A stretch of DNA of 64,000 bases from Eledone cirrhosa (lineage: Eukaryota). Numbering within the stretch: position 1 is the stretch's first letter; each line of letters starts with the position of its first letter. The DNA lies in the NCBI GenBank assembly GCA_964016885.1, contig OZ024742.1, forward strand, positions 329,654,001-329,718,000, given 5' to 3'. Below are positions 39,361-55,143 of this stretch, piece by piece. The notes beneath the pieces were generated by a model that searched no databases, was not told where the DNA came from, and saw only the letters and a list, made by a program, of their open reading frames with translations. The translations under genes were made by a program, and so were the position numbers.

Positions 39361-41095
39361 TAAAACAAAGGAGGTGTGCTAAGATTCCTGTAGGACCATA
39401 ACGCACTGGAGTACTCCATACTTAGGGTAGTAGATTGGGTAATAGAAAAAGAGTCAGGACCCCGACGGCTGATATATATATATATATAACAAGCGTGACA
39501 GACCTGAATATATGCATATGGTAATAATTTTATTTCAACGTAAAGAACGGAAAACACCAAGGTGGGCGAGAAACGATTCAAAATGGTTTCCATCTCGTTT
39601 TTATGCACTTACTTCCACATGCCTATACTCACCCCACGTATGCAGCTATACCTTATTATGCTAAATTGTATTATGTTATTATTCTAGGGTGGTAGATTGG
39701 CCATATCTCTCTTTGGTCAAATTCCGCTGAGGTTAGATTTGCCTTTCATGCTTACGGAGTCGATTATATAATGCACTAATTGTCGATTTAATGAATTTCC
39801 CTTCCGCCGAAATTGATGACATCGTACTTAAATCACAAACAATTATTTCATTATTCTCGGAACCCTAATAATCTTTCCTGACCCCCCCCCCCCCCCCCCG
39901 CTTCCTTCATCTTAAAATCCCTGTAAATATCCCGCAAAATACTTCGATTCGTTTTGACATCATTTACTATTTTGCCACATCCGTTCCTGTTTAAAGTATA
40001 TTGGTCCCCGTCCCGCTGTCTCGTAAACTCCCTCTCTCTCTCTGTCGCTATCGCTGTCTCTCTCCCTCTCCCTTTCTCTCTTTCCCTCTCTCTCTCTATG
40101 TATCTATATGTCATTCTGTCTCTCTGTTTTCTCCCTCTCTCTTGTTTATGTCTTTATAAGTCGAATTTAAAATATTCCATTTATCTCTGATGATTTATTC
40201 CTGCACAATTTCCAATTGAAATACCTAGCTGTTTTTATTTTCTCGGAGCCTGTCACTGTGAGAATTACTCCAGAGGAAAGATTTTGCTGTATGACATTTT
40301 CATTTATTCTGTCGTTTTTAGTTTGGGAATGTATATTTTAACATCGATACAGAAGCTGTTTCTTTTATATCGACTAACAAACTGGTTCAAATTTTTGATT
40401 TTTTCGTATTCCTAGTAAAGGTTTTCGTGTTGTTTATTCTAGACTTAAGACATTTTTGTATGCGGCATTTTTTCAAGATGTACTGATATGTTGTATTATA
40501 TAATTCATAACATCGTAATTGGTAGTTACTTATATTATGACTATTATCGCACGTGCTTTCAGTTGTGAGACATTCCAACGTGTCTGAATTGCAATTACCC
40601 ACTATGGGGTGTCTCACCTGCGATGTGGATGTTTTATGTCTGCTTTACTGCATTCCTTGTCCGCTGTGTTTGTGTGACTATTGATTTTTTTTCATGATTT
40701 CTTACTTTCTTCATCTTGCATCTATAGAAACTATTGTTCTATAAAAAGCACAATAGCTCCTAGTCGTCACATAACATTCTATGCATACCTGTTATGGTTT
40801 AATTGGTATATATTATTCTTTCATCTTGTCTTTTACTCCATGGAGAACGCTTTGAGCCCTAATGGTTCAGCACTACCATCGGTAGGGGTCATACGAAAAT
40901 AACCAAATTCTTTCGCGACGGCTGAAAACCAATGGGTTCTGTAATTTTCGTTCCTCTTTTGAATTTCAAACATTTTTTTTCATGGTTTCACTTACAATTA
41001 AAGCACTGCTCGATGTGCCATGTTTTCATTTGTTTTCTCCTCTTTGTTAAATTTTATAATTTTATTATACACACACACACACACACATTTATATT

Positions 41096-41167
<72 letters not shown>

Positions 41168-41177
41168 AACCAGTAAG

Positions 41178-41271
41178 ACCCCGACAGCCGAGCTCAAGCC
41201 GTTTCGACGGCTAATTCTGGACTAAATGACAATTTATCCTGGTATTTAAATAGCCGATCTTCTCAAGGGGT
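41178..41271 (-). ncRNA. Type I hammerhead, U3-A8 core (family C, inverted pLTR)
   Basis: Reverse complement of 42618-42711 with a few substitutions. Confidence 0.7.
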
Positions 41272-42617
41272 AATTCCATATATGGTCAAAGTGATTGTCA
41301 AAAATCAGTAGTAATTCTGTGGTTGCAAATTAGTAGGGGAGACGGTGGCTAAACCTGTTATGGTTTAATTGGTATATATTATGGGACCTCAAGGACAACA
41401 ACATCACCTATGATCTCACTTGGAGATTACTGTCCAGAGCCAATTCTTACACGGGAGGACGCCGTCCGTGCAATTTATGCTCGGAGGAAACTTTACAAAT
41501 GCTGTTTTCGACGGACCAACTCCTAAACAAGAAAGATGAACTGGTTACTGCATGTAAACATAGATTGCGTAGGACTTACCTCGCCCTCAAACCCCATAAT
41601 GACCCGGGGGCGGGGGGGGGGGGGGTAGCCTAGGGCTATAACACCCCACTTGCCGATTTTGCAATGGGTAACCCCTGCTGGCCAAGGGAGACGTAAGATC
41701 TTCTTTGTATTCTTTTATCGCTTCCTTTATTTCCTTCCCCTCTCTCTCCTTAGTCCTTCTACCCCAGCTCTTCTCCTTTGTCGGCGTCTTTTCTCGCCCA
41801 CCCGAGGCTGCCCTTTGGCCCCTTGTAGCCTTAGTACCCCCACCCCTCCCCTAGTCTATGATAGATTTGGCGGACTCCGCACTTTATAGCAGTTGGTTTA
41901 GACCCCGGATACTTGTCCCCTTTTTCCGACCGCTCCCACTATTCTCTGTGCCCTCTATATTTCTTAGTGGCACTCATGCCTTATTTTTTCGTTTCAGTAT
42001 TTCTTTCTTCGCTTTTCTTTTGGGCGGGGTGGATTCTGAATTTATTTTCCCGTATTCTACCTTTACTTCGTACGAACTTTCATGTAGCTTGTTTTAGATC
42101 TTTTAGAGTTAGCATTAGTATATATTTTTCTCGGGACTCAGAATTATTATCTCGTACAAGTTCACTTTGGTGCACTGGGTGGTTGCTGGCATTGTGCCTG
42201 GGATGGAAACCTTTATTGTTTATTTCGTTATTTCTTTATTTCCTTCTTTACTTCTTTATTTATTTATTTATTTATTTATTCTAGCCTAACAATAGCTAGA
42301 GACCTAGGTCGTAGAATTTAATTTACTTTTTTCTTCACACTTATTTGCTTTTCTTCACTCTCAGTATATTTTCTTTCCTATATATTTCTACCCCCCATTG
42401 TTCTACCTACCGTTCCGACTTCCTCCCCCTCCCCCTCCCCTGTATCTTCTTTGACCTCATGCCCAGCTGTAGCTGGCACTACCAACGCTTGATTGGGTCT
42501 ACTCCACCCCCTCCCCTCTTTCTCCTACTGGCAGGTTTAGCCACCATCTCCCCTACTAATTTGCAACCACAGAATTATTACTGATTTTTGACAATCACTT
42601 TGACCATATATGGAATT

Positions 42618-42711
42618 ACCCCTTGAGAAGATCGGCTATTTAAATACCAGGATAAATTTTCATTTAGTCCAGAATTAGCCGTCGAAACGGCTTGAGCTCA
42701 GCTGTCGGGGT
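42618..42711 (+). ncRNA. Type I hammerhead, U3-A8 core (family C)
   Basis: ACCCC TTGAGAA GATCGGCTA..TAGCCGTC GAAA CGGCT..AGCTG TC GGGGT. A C>T change is tolerated as a G-U pair. Confidence 0.75.
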
Positions 42712-42802
42712 CTTACTGGTTCCTATTACCCACTCTACTACCTCAAGTATTGAGTACTTTGGTGCGTTATGGTCCACCTGGTTCCTTACCACATTTCCTT
42801 CG

Positions 42803-42880
<78 letters not shown>

Positions 42881-42923
42881 ATATAAAGATATGTATATAT
42901 ATATGTATCTCTCTCTCTCTATA

Positions 42924-42960
<37 letters not shown>

Positions 42961-44330
42961 ATACTTGGGGAGGGTCATAGTTGTGTAATATTGCCAGAAT
43001 TAATAACAGAACACACTCACTGTTTGGTTGGTTTTCGCTTTTCGCTTCTGCGTCTTTTATATCTGTAATCTAATTTATTCGGTCCTCTAGGTTGCCATTG
43101 TCTGACCGGCGGTCAAAAATAATACAGATACAATATAGACACAAACACATATATATAGTTTATCAGAGTTCTTTCTTTGCACAACTGTAACATCGTCAGT
43201 AGTGCTATTGTTTCCTCCCGTTACATTGTATGTCTACGCCATTTTTATTTAGTCTGTCTATATATTTATTTACTTATTTGTTTGTATGTTTATATTATTT
43301 TGCCTTCCTTGCGCATGCGTTTGCGTGTATGTATAGTGTTTTGTTTCGATGTGTGTTCGTGATTTGGTGACTGCTGATCGGTTAATGTATTCTATCTTTA
43401 CTAGTGTGTGTTTATATGTGTTTGTTGTTATTGTGCTTGTGTATTTATTTACTTATTTATTTATCTATTTATTTATTTATTTATACTTCTCTTAGGTCAG
43501 TGTTGTTTGTTTGGGTGTTGTTGTTATTCCATTCATTCTTTCTGTTTAGTCTTGGCCTTCTAAGTTCTATTTCACTGGTCTCAATGACTTGCCTATCTTT
43601 CCATAAAAACCACCATGAAATCCCTGATCAGCAAAACCTACCCTTTTAAGAAAACCTACTGTACTAATAGGAAATGTATCATATGTAAAGTAAACCCCCG
43701 GATAAACTGTAAAACTAGAAACGTAGTCTATAGCATAAGATGTACAGAGTGTACTTGCAGAAACATGACAACAACATACATAGGCGAGACAGCTCGTAGC
43801 ATAGGTGAAAGGATAGACCAAAATTGGGGGGAACTAAAAGGACGAAAAAACGGGTCTGTACTATACGAATATGCCAGACAACAACACGACGGTAACATAG
43901 ACAACATAGAAATTAGAATAATATCTAAACATAGAAATTACCCAGCAGATAGGCAAACAGAGAGGCCAGGGAAATAGAACTTAGAAGGCCAAGACTAAAC
44001 AGAAAGAATGAATGGAATAACAACAACACCCAAACAAACAACACTGACCTAAGAGAAGTATAAATAAATAAATAGATAAATAAATAAATAAATATATACA
44101 CAAGCACAATAACAACAAACACGTATAAACACACACTAGTAAAGATAGAATACATTAACCGATACACAGTCACCCAATCACGAACACACATCAAACAAAA
44201 TACTATACACACACGCAGGCGCATGCGCAAAGAAGACAACATAAAATAAACAAACAAACAAATAAGTAAATAAATATATAGACAGACTAAATAAAAATGG
44301 CGTAGACATACAATGTAATGGGAGGAAACA

Positions 44331-44376
44331 ATAGCACCACTGACGATGTTGCAGATGTGCAACGAAAGAACTTTGA
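44331..44376 (+). ncRNA. Hammerhead-like motif in family B pLTR (also 48461-48505 + and 43161-43210 -)
   Basis: CTGACGA (T/A) GTTGCA-gatg-TGCAAC GAAA gaac(T C/T). Canonical core and 6-bp stem II, but stems I/III are weak. Confidence 0.55.
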
Positions 44377-44562
44377 TAAACTATATATATATGCGTCTGT
44401 GTCTATATTGTATCTGTATTATTTTTGCCCGTCGGTCAGTCAATGGCAACATTGAGGACCGAATAAATTAGATTACCGATATAAAAGACACAGAAGCGAA
44501 AAACGAAAACCAACCAAACAGTGAGTGTGTTCTGTTATTAATTCTGGCAATATTACACAAAT

Positions 44563-47500
44563 ATGACTATCCCCAAGTATAACAATATTTGTTTCGACAC
44601 ACGATTTCATATAAAAAACCTCGCAAATCTAATTCATCGCCGTTATGGCATTAGCTCGTGCCAAGTTGAAATGTTATTGAAAGACACTGTTTTCTGTTAT
44701 ATAAAAACTACAATAACAACAGAACAAATCCGCTTCTTAAAACACTGTGTTTCCTCCAAAATATACACAACAAACATATCAAAACAAGTAAATAATTTAT
44801 TATTGAACAAAACACAAGCTGAACGACTAAAACACACAATAACAGTTAATATGAAAAGAACAACATACACAAAAGTCAACGAACTTTACAGACAGAAACG
44901 AATTAATGGTAAGGAAGTCCAACATCTCACCACACCAAACGAAAGGGATGACTTCATGAGCGTCATCCGACGTGAAACGAAATACGCCCGAAACGAATGC
45001 AATAGGCATTTCAATAAGAAATTAGAATGGATGAATAAGAAAAAACTACAAGAAAGGAAAATAGAATATTCTCAAAAATACCCAGATAACATCAATAATA
45101 TCCGTATGACTGAGGTAAAACTACCGGAAGAATTTACCAATGACCACAGAGTAAATATTTATGGGAACACTTTAATCAGTGAACAAGAACAACAAATCCT
45201 GCAGCTACCACCAAAATTTGCCATCTACAAAAAGATTAACCCTATTGAGTGCAAAACGGAGCTGGATAAGTGTTTCACAAAAATACGTTGGAATGCAAAA
45301 GTAAACAACAGCAACAATAATAACGGTAGTAGTAATATAAACAATAACACTGAGTATAGAAATAACAGCCATAACAATAACAGTAGCAGGAGAGTGAGAA
45401 ATAGTAATAATGGTAATAATACTAACGATAGACAGAACAACAACAACAACCACAATAATAATAATAATAGAAACATTAACCACAGACACAGCAACAGCGA
45501 CCACAGTAGTAATAACGGTAACAATACGAACAACAACAACAATAACCACAGTGGTAATAATGGAAATAATACATGTAGCAACATTAATGATAGACACACA
45601 AAAACAAGAAACATAATAAAAGTAACAACCACAATGGTAGAAATAACAGTAACAACAACAATAACGGTGGAGTAAACAACAATACATCTAGCAATCATAA
45701 CAATAATAATAATGCTAATGATAGGAACAACAACAACCACCATGATAACCATAATAGCAACACACACAACTATGACGATAAATATAATGACAACCCCTTA
45801 GAGAAACTATTTTTCACGCCAGCTGACAAAATATATAAGATGGGTAATATCTATCCTACGAGGTTACCCTTTAATAAAAGAGTTTGCATACCACAAGAAA
45901 TAGATGACAATAAAGAGGCACAGTTCACCATAGTTAGAAATAAGATTAGACAAATAGTAGACCGGTATACTAAGAGACAGAGCAGACCAGAGGCCCAACA
46001 ACTTGGGAGGAAACCTGTAGAAGGCTTGGTTAGCCTCAAGCAGCGCACAAGGGATGGTAAGGTAGTATTTCTACCCACGGATAAGTCTGGTAGGATGTCA
46101 ATAGATAGTATGCCGAATTACATCAAGGCTATGCAACCCCACATCACCAACACGAGCGAAATTGCACAGCAAACACATGATGGGAGAGAGAAAATCATCA
46201 ACGATCACATGATGATGTGGACTGACATCCTAAAGCCAAGCAGACGCACTGCCAACAACTTCCAGGCGTCTAACATTGGCATACCACCCTTGTATTGACT
46301 CCGCAAAGACCACAAGACAGTCGACTACCCGACAACAGGACCACCAACAAGACCCGTATGCGGAGCTAATATAGTTAGCAACTACAGGATCTCCTACTTC
46401 CTCTCAATGGTTATACGCCCCATAATCAAGATGTCCCCAAATGTATGTGACAGTACAGAGGACCTCCTCAGCAGAATCAGTGAGTGCAACACAAACGGGA
46501 ACCTATCCAACTGCAGAATAGGCAGCATGGATGTGGTATCACTGTACCCATCCATTAACATTGATTTTGCTGTGGAAAAATGTGTGGAGATGATCATTGA
46601 GAGTGAGGTGGAGTTCTGCGACGTCGACACAGACGAACTGAGTCTCCTACTTAGACTTACCTACGACACTGACTACCTAGACAGCCATGACCTTAGACGT
46701 TTCTGCCCTAGTAGACCCATAACAGGTAGACCCCCCACCATAACCTCAATGGCAAAAAAGACTCCCATGGGAAGGTGGATGGGGTGGACCAAAGCTATAC
46801 GGAGCCCCCCTAAAAAATGATTAGGTAAGAAAAATGGTCGCACATGCAATAGGGGCTAGTATCAAAACTACCCTAAAGAGCCAAATATTCAAGTTCAACG
46901 AGAAGATCTACACCCAAAATGAGGGAGCAGGCATTGGCGTCAGCATAGCTGGTGATGTTGCCAACCCTTTCATTTTATGGTGGGAAAGGAGACTTAAAGA
47001 TCTCCTTAATGAGTGCTCCATAGACCTCATCATGTACTCTCGTTACGTAGACGACATAAATATAGTTATAAGAACATCCCCACTAGAGAGCACTAACAAG
47101 TTTGATTTAGAACGTAGCACAATGGAAAGCATCCAGCAGATAGCTAATTCCATACACCAGAGTATAACTGTAACTATCGACTTCCCTTCCAAACACCCTA
47201 ACAATAGACTACCAGTATTAGACACGGAAGTCTGGATTAACACTATAGACGAGAGAGCCCAAATTCTCCACTCACACTATGCTAAACCCATGACCTGATA
47301 CTCAAAACTCAGCAATGTCCAGTAGTGCCAAGTTTAATATTCTGATCGCAGATTTGGTACGAGTTATGAAGAATGTGTCCCGCATGTGCGACCCAACAGA
47401 AATGGAAAGACACATCCAACACTTCATCAACCGCATGCAGTTCTCTGGCTACAACCAAAGAGACAGAGTCAGAGTATACGAAGGAGCCATGGAGAAGTAT

Positions 47501-48150
47501 AAGACACTCATAGAACTGGACATGAAAGGAATTTGCCCATTATACAGGAGCAAATCATGGAATAGCTTAGATAGGGATAGACATAAGATAGGGAAAGCCA
47601 CCTCATGGTACGACAACCAGAGATACCAGAGTGTCACGTTTATGGATGCTACCCTTGGAGGGAAATTAGCTAACCAGTGTAGAAAGGCCCTGAGAAAGAC
47701 CCGCTTAAAGATTAAGGTGGTAGAAAAGCCAGGAACCACTATAAAATCCCTGATCAGCAAAACCTACCCTTTTAAGAAAACCCACTGTACTAATAGGAAA
47801 TGTATCATATGTAAGGTGAACCCCCGGATAAACTGTAAAACTAGAAACGTGGTCTATAGCATAAAATGTACAGAGGTTACTTGCAGAAACATGACAACAA
47901 CATACATAGGCGAGACAGCTCGTAGCATAGGTGAAATGATAGACCAACACTGGGAGGAACTAAAAAACGAAAAAACGGGGCAGTACTATACAACATGCCA
48001 GACAACAACACGACGGTAACATAGACAACAAAGAAATTACAATAATATCTAAACATAAAAATGACCCAGCAGATAGGCAAATCAGAGAGGCCAGTGAAAT
48101 AGAACATAGAATGCCAAGAATTAACAGAAATAATGAATGGAATAACAACA
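44563..48150 (+). pseudogene. PLE polyprotein (N-terminus, Asn-rich insert, RT, Cys linker, GIY-YIG) broken by stops and frameshifts
   Basis: FLPTDKSG, PPLY*LRKDHK..RPVCG, GSMDVVSLYPSI, YTQNEGAGIG, RYVDD, LPVLD, YAKPM, CTNRKCIIC..NCKTRNVVYSIKC..YIGETARSIG. Confidence 0.92.
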
Positions 48151-48758
48151 ACACCCAAACAAACAACACTGACCTAAGAGAAGTATAAATAAATAAATAA
48201 ATAGATAAATAAATAAATAAATACATACACAAGCACAATAACAACAAACACATATAAACACACACTAGTAATGATAGAATACATTAACCGATACACAGTC
48301 ACCCAATCACGAACACACATCAAACAAAACACTATACACACACGCAAATGCTGCGCAAAGACAAAATAAAATAATATAAACAAACAAACAAATAAGTAAA
48401 TAAATATATAGACAGACTAAATAAAAATGGCGTAGACATACAATGTAACGGGAGGAAACAATAGCACCACTGACGAAGTTGCAGATGTGCAACGAAAGAA
48501 TTTGATAAACTATATATATGTGTTTGTGTCTATATTCTATCTGTATTATTTTTGCCCGTCGGTCAGTCAATGGCAACATTGAGGACCGAATAAATTAGAT
48601 TACCGATATAAAAGACTCAGAAAAGCGAAAACCAACCAAACAGTGAGTGTGTTCTGTTATTAATTCTGGCAATATTACACAATATGACCCTCTCCAAGTA
48701 TATATATATGTATCTATATGTATCTATATGTATATATATGTATATATATATATGTATA

Positions 48759-48879
<121 letters not shown>

Positions 48880-51800
48880 CCTAATAATAATAAATCTGAA
48901 GACTAAAATCCAAAGAGGGCTCGATAAGGATAACTATATATCAAATATATAAGAACCCTAGAGCAAATATTTATTAAAATAACTGTTTAAATTTTAAGCA
49001 AAGAATCGCTGATTTCACCCTAAACGGGATCTTTTAAAACAAAAAAAAACAAAAAAAAAACAATCTGTGAACGCAGAAGTAAATATTTCGAAAAACGTTG
49101 CAAAACAAACACAAAATACACATATACAGATAGCCAATATATATAATATAATATATACACCTATAACAAATCCAAGCATATATACGTACGAGAAAGTGTA
49201 CGTACCTTCCCAAAACATACGGGTAAGATATACTTACGTATATAAATAAGTAATGGTATACATATAAAATATACTTAGCTACTACATCAAGACGCAAATT
49301 ATCAGCATATTGTTCGTACTATCCGTTAGAGTATAATGTGGGTCTGTAATAGAGGAAAGTATTATGCAATTTGTATTTAGAAGCCTAAATTGCCTCAAAT
49401 CCTTTGTTTAGGATGTGGTCATTGGCGTAGAGTATTTCCAGGGCTTCAGCGGCGCAAATATCGCATGGTCTTTTATTTACGTTATACGATCTAGCTTTAA
49501 CTAGGGTCTCCCAGTATAACCTATACCCGGTGTGGTTGTCTTATAGACTCCAGATATAAGCTGAAATTGACGTCATACTCCTTCTTAAATGGTTAAGAAA
49601 AGACGCTGCTTGAATCTATTGGCAGTTAACCCTATGTAGGCCCTACGGGACTTGGGTGTTTCCACCTTACATTTGTAGAGCACTCTATTGACTTATATTC
49701 ATCATGCAGAAATAACACATGAATATTTCTACAAACAACATACCCGTACCCAGCAGGAAGACATACCTAAAACTGTTGATACATAAAACGGATTCGTTCC
49801 TTAAAAGGTTGCGTTGTTGTGCCTTTTATTTTGACAACCAGGAAAAAAGCGGACAATACAGAGGATAAAGATGGGTTTAAAACTTATAATAGCCCTCCGA
49901 GTACCCAGCATTGCTACCCTTTGAACACGATGTTTTGGAACTCATACGGAATATCAAATTTCGGAATAGGAGCAATTCCTTCCAGCAGGACCTGAAGAAT
50001 AGAATTTCTTCTATTAAGGATTATAATGCCGTGCACGTCTACTACGACAAAACCGGCAATCTATATCATGTGAAGCGCACTACGTAATGCTCTAACTAAG
50101 GATTACGGGAAAACCAATCGGAGTGTCATTAATGACATCAATGATGCTGGCTTTAGAATCACTTTTGAACTCCTGGACCGTTTTGAACTCCTGGACCCTC
50201 TTTCTCCCCTGTTTACCTTGAAGGATCACAAACCCAATTTCGCCAACAACCCCTCTATTCGGCTAATTAACCCTACACATTCTGATTTAGGTAGACTTAG
50301 AAAAAGCATTTTAGACAGAATTATACCAGAAATTAGATGCTTGGCCCCTCTTGCACTGTGGGATAATTATTTCGCAGTGATTGATTGGTTCAATGACATA
50401 TGCAACAAGGAACATTGTCGGTAATCCAATTCGGCATCAATAACTGCTACTCCTCCATCACTTTTTCACTTCTGCTTAGAGCTATTAATTTCGCTAAAAC
50501 TCTCATGGTGGTTAAGGATTTCGAAGTTGATGTCATCCGCAATGCTCGTAAGTCGGCGATTAATTTCGACGGCTCTATTTGGATAACAATATCTAATAGT
50601 ACTCCATTCGACATGAGTATGAGCGTCAGCGATTCGGCGGAAGTTACAGATCTTATCAGCCTTTTCCTTCTTTTCTCTATCACGAATGAATTCCTCAATG
50701 TTGGTGGTTGTTTGCACCAAAATGACGGTCTTTTGACCATGAGGAAGTGCGGTCCACTCACAGCCTTCTTTAAAGGCTTGAACCTCTCCATACAGGTTGA
50801 GGCTAATCTCTCGGTCGTTAATTACCTCGACGTTACCATCAATTTGTCGAATGGCTTGCACTACCCGTATAGAAAGCCAAATGATACCCTTAATTACATA
50901 AGGAAGCATTCTAACCATCCTGCCAGCAAAACAAAGAACCTGGTAAGCAACGTTTCTTTGATGCTTTCGCGTCTATCTACAAACGAGCATAATTTCACCG
51001 ACCATTCCATATGTTGCAAGGAAGCTCTTGCGCGGAGTGGATTTGTCGATAATGTAGCATATACTAAGTATGAACATAGACCAAGGTAAAATAGATCCTG
51101 ACGCATTAAATGGTATTACCCAAAATAAAATATGGAGGTGGCCACACCATTAGCTAAGATATTTATCTCCCTTATTAAGAAGTATTTCCCCACAGCACAT
51201 AAATATAATAAAATGTTTAATATACATACCATTAAAATAATTTACTCTACAACTCCTAACCTTGCACATAACATCACTGCTTCAAATTTAGCTAAATTAC
51301 CTAGCCGTATGAACACGTGCAACCCTGTAGCTAGTACTAACTGTAATTGTAAGAGTCAGCTTGACTGCCCTCCAGTGACATTCTCTACAAACGTAAGGTC
51401 GAAACACCCACGTCCCGTAGGGCCTACGTAAGGTTAATCGCCAATAGATTCCAGCAGCCTCTTTACATGCACACCCGTTCTTTTCTTCAACATTTAAGAA
51501 GGAATATGACGTCACTTTCAGCTTATATTTGGAGTCTAAAAGACAACCACACTCAATATAGCTTACACTGGGTGATCCTAGCTAAGCTAGATCGTATAAC
51601 AGGAATAAAAGACCGTGCGATCTTTGCACCGCTGAAGCCCTGGAAATGCTCTACGCCAATGACCACATCCTAAACAAACAAATCTGAGGCAATTTCGGCT
51701 TCTAAATACACATTGCATAATACTTTCCTCTATTACAGCCGCACATTATACCCTAACGGATAGTACGAACTATATGCGGATAATTTACGTCTTGATGTGG

Positions 51801-52104
51801 TAGCTAAGTATATTTTATGTTTATACCGTTACTTATTTGTATACGTAAGTATATTTAACCCTTTGTTTTGTAAGTATACTTAACCCTTTGTTTTGTGAAC
51901 CCTTTGTATATATGCTTCTATTTGTTATAGATGTATATATTAGATTATATATACTGGTATATGGTTATGTGTATATGTGTATTTTGTGTTTGTGTTGTAC
52001 GTTTTTCGAAATATTTACTTCTGCGTTCACAGATTGTTTTTTAGTTTTACGAGATCCCGTTAAGAGTGAAAGCACCGATTCTTTGGTTAAACATTAATCT
52101 GTTA

Positions 52105-52110
<6 letters not shown>
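48880..52110 (+). mobile_element. Near full-length family A PLE (Hydra-like) with inverted 3' copy at 48880-49680; (TA)n on both sides
   Basis: N-terminus MNISTNNIPVPSRKTYLKLLIHKTDSFLKRLR (~49717); KDHKPNFANNPSIRLINP; RT 50400-51089; linker 51132-51431; EN to ~51760. Its pLTR HHR copies are degraded. Confidence 0.92.
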
Positions 52111-53960
<1,850 letters not shown>

Positions 53961-53969
53961 ATATATATA

Positions 53970-54159
53970 TAACGAAGGAAATGTGGTAAGGAACCAGGTG
54001 GACCATAACGCACCAAAGTACTCAATACTTGAGGTAGTAGAGTGGGTAATAGGAACCAGTAAGACCCCGACAGCTGAGCTCAAGCCGTTTCGACGGCTAA
54101 TTCTGGACAGAATTAGCCGTCGAAACGGCTTGAGCTCAGCTGTCGGGGTCTTACTGGTT

Positions 54160-54163
<4 letters not shown>
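53970..54163. mobile_element. Family C pLTR fold-back fragment
   Basis: Near-identical to the reverse complement of 42670-42805, with the junction at ~54108. Confidence 0.88.
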
Positions 54164-54200
<37 letters not shown>

Positions 54201-55105
54201 ATTTAGTCAAATATGTAAAATTTTGCTTCGTTTGTTACAAATTATAGATATACTGCTAATATATTTCGGTGACAGCCATCACTGGATGTGGCCTCTTCTG
54301 GCAGTCCGATTTTTACTCCGTCAATATATGGATATATCCACCTCCTGGTAGTGTTGTTATTTCTCTTAGGAACTGGAGTTAGAGCAAACGAATTTCGGCG
54401 TCATAAGACATGCTCCCATCCCATTGGTCAGTTGTGAGAACTTCCTCTGTCAAAAGTCTATAGAAATGTTTCTGAGGCAAGACAATCTGTAGTATATTTT
54501 GTTTGGGTACAGCTGACCTCCACCATTGTGTTGGTAGTGGTAGTGGTGCTAAGTGGTCAGCTGGCAGGTCAGTTTTAGTGTGCAGCTGCTATGTTCAGAA
54601 GAATTTGTGTGTAGGTTGGCATCTATCCTGCCACCATTTCACGTGGTGGTGATGGCGGGGGGGGGGGGGGGAGGCCAACAAATATAAAATAATGAATAAA
54701 AAATACGTGTGTGTTACAACCAATATCAACATTTGAAAGATTTGAAAAATATTAACTGAAGTAGAAAACCTGTGTGTCAGAATCGAGAAGTGTAAAGCAT
54801 TACAATTCTTACACTATCATAGAGTGGTGCGTTTTAAGACCAAATGAGTTGTAAGTTGAGTTTAAAACACCAAAATCTTGAGTGTCAAAAACCTGAGTGT
54901 CGAAATCCGGAAATGCAAAGGACTACGGTTCTTATTTCGGCGTACTTCGTCGAGTGGTCCAATATGCATACTGAGGTGTCGGTGTACAACCAACATATAC
55001 TCAAAATATATATATATATGTAAAAGGTAAACACAAATTACAACACTATCGGTACAGTATATGGAAGGAAAATATTAGGTTAACGTTTGAAATAGTAGGG
55101 AGAGG

Positions 55106-55143
55106 TTCTTAACGTTTCAGACGCTAGTTCTTCATCAGAAGAA
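55106..55143 (-). ncRNA. Minimal hammerhead (canonical CTGATGA, palindromic AACGTT stem III) in a repeat 55018-55150; decayed copy at 9064-9170
   Basis: Minus strand: TTCTT CTGATGA AGA-actagcg-TCT GAAA CG TT|AAGAA. Confidence 0.65.

Larger units (their letters stand above)
41164..42805 (+). mobile_element. 5'-truncated PLE, family C (Hydra-like): inverted pLTR 41164-41357, EN C-terminus 41380-41600, long 3' UTR/pLTR to 42805; (TA)n on both sides
   Basis: Manual translation gives WDLKDNNITYDLTWRLLSRANSYTGGRRPCNLCSEETLQMLFSTDQLLNKKDELVTACKHR, homologous to the family A and D EN ends. Confidence 0.88.
42955..48700 (+). mobile_element. Near full-length Penelope-like element, family B (Neptune/Nematis-like): inverted pLTR 42955-43605, partial tandem (EN+pLTR) 43608-44580, body, 3' pLTR to 48700; in (TA)n
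   Basis: Three copies of the pLTR. EN segment duplicated (43615-43977 vs 47740-48130). Classic PLE partial-tandem plus inverted structure. Confidence 0.93.

Noticed and set aside
44425-44470. GGCAACA..GAAT resemblance to an HDV-like ribozyme
   Set aside because: No nested double pseudoknot could be paired. It is a simple GNRA hairpin.
46296-46298. In-frame TGA in the PLE ORF as a possible selenocysteine codon (as in Naiad PLEs)
   Set aside because: It falls where Gly is expected (PPLYGLRKDHK), the ORF has other frameshifts, and the EN is C-terminal. Best explained as decay.
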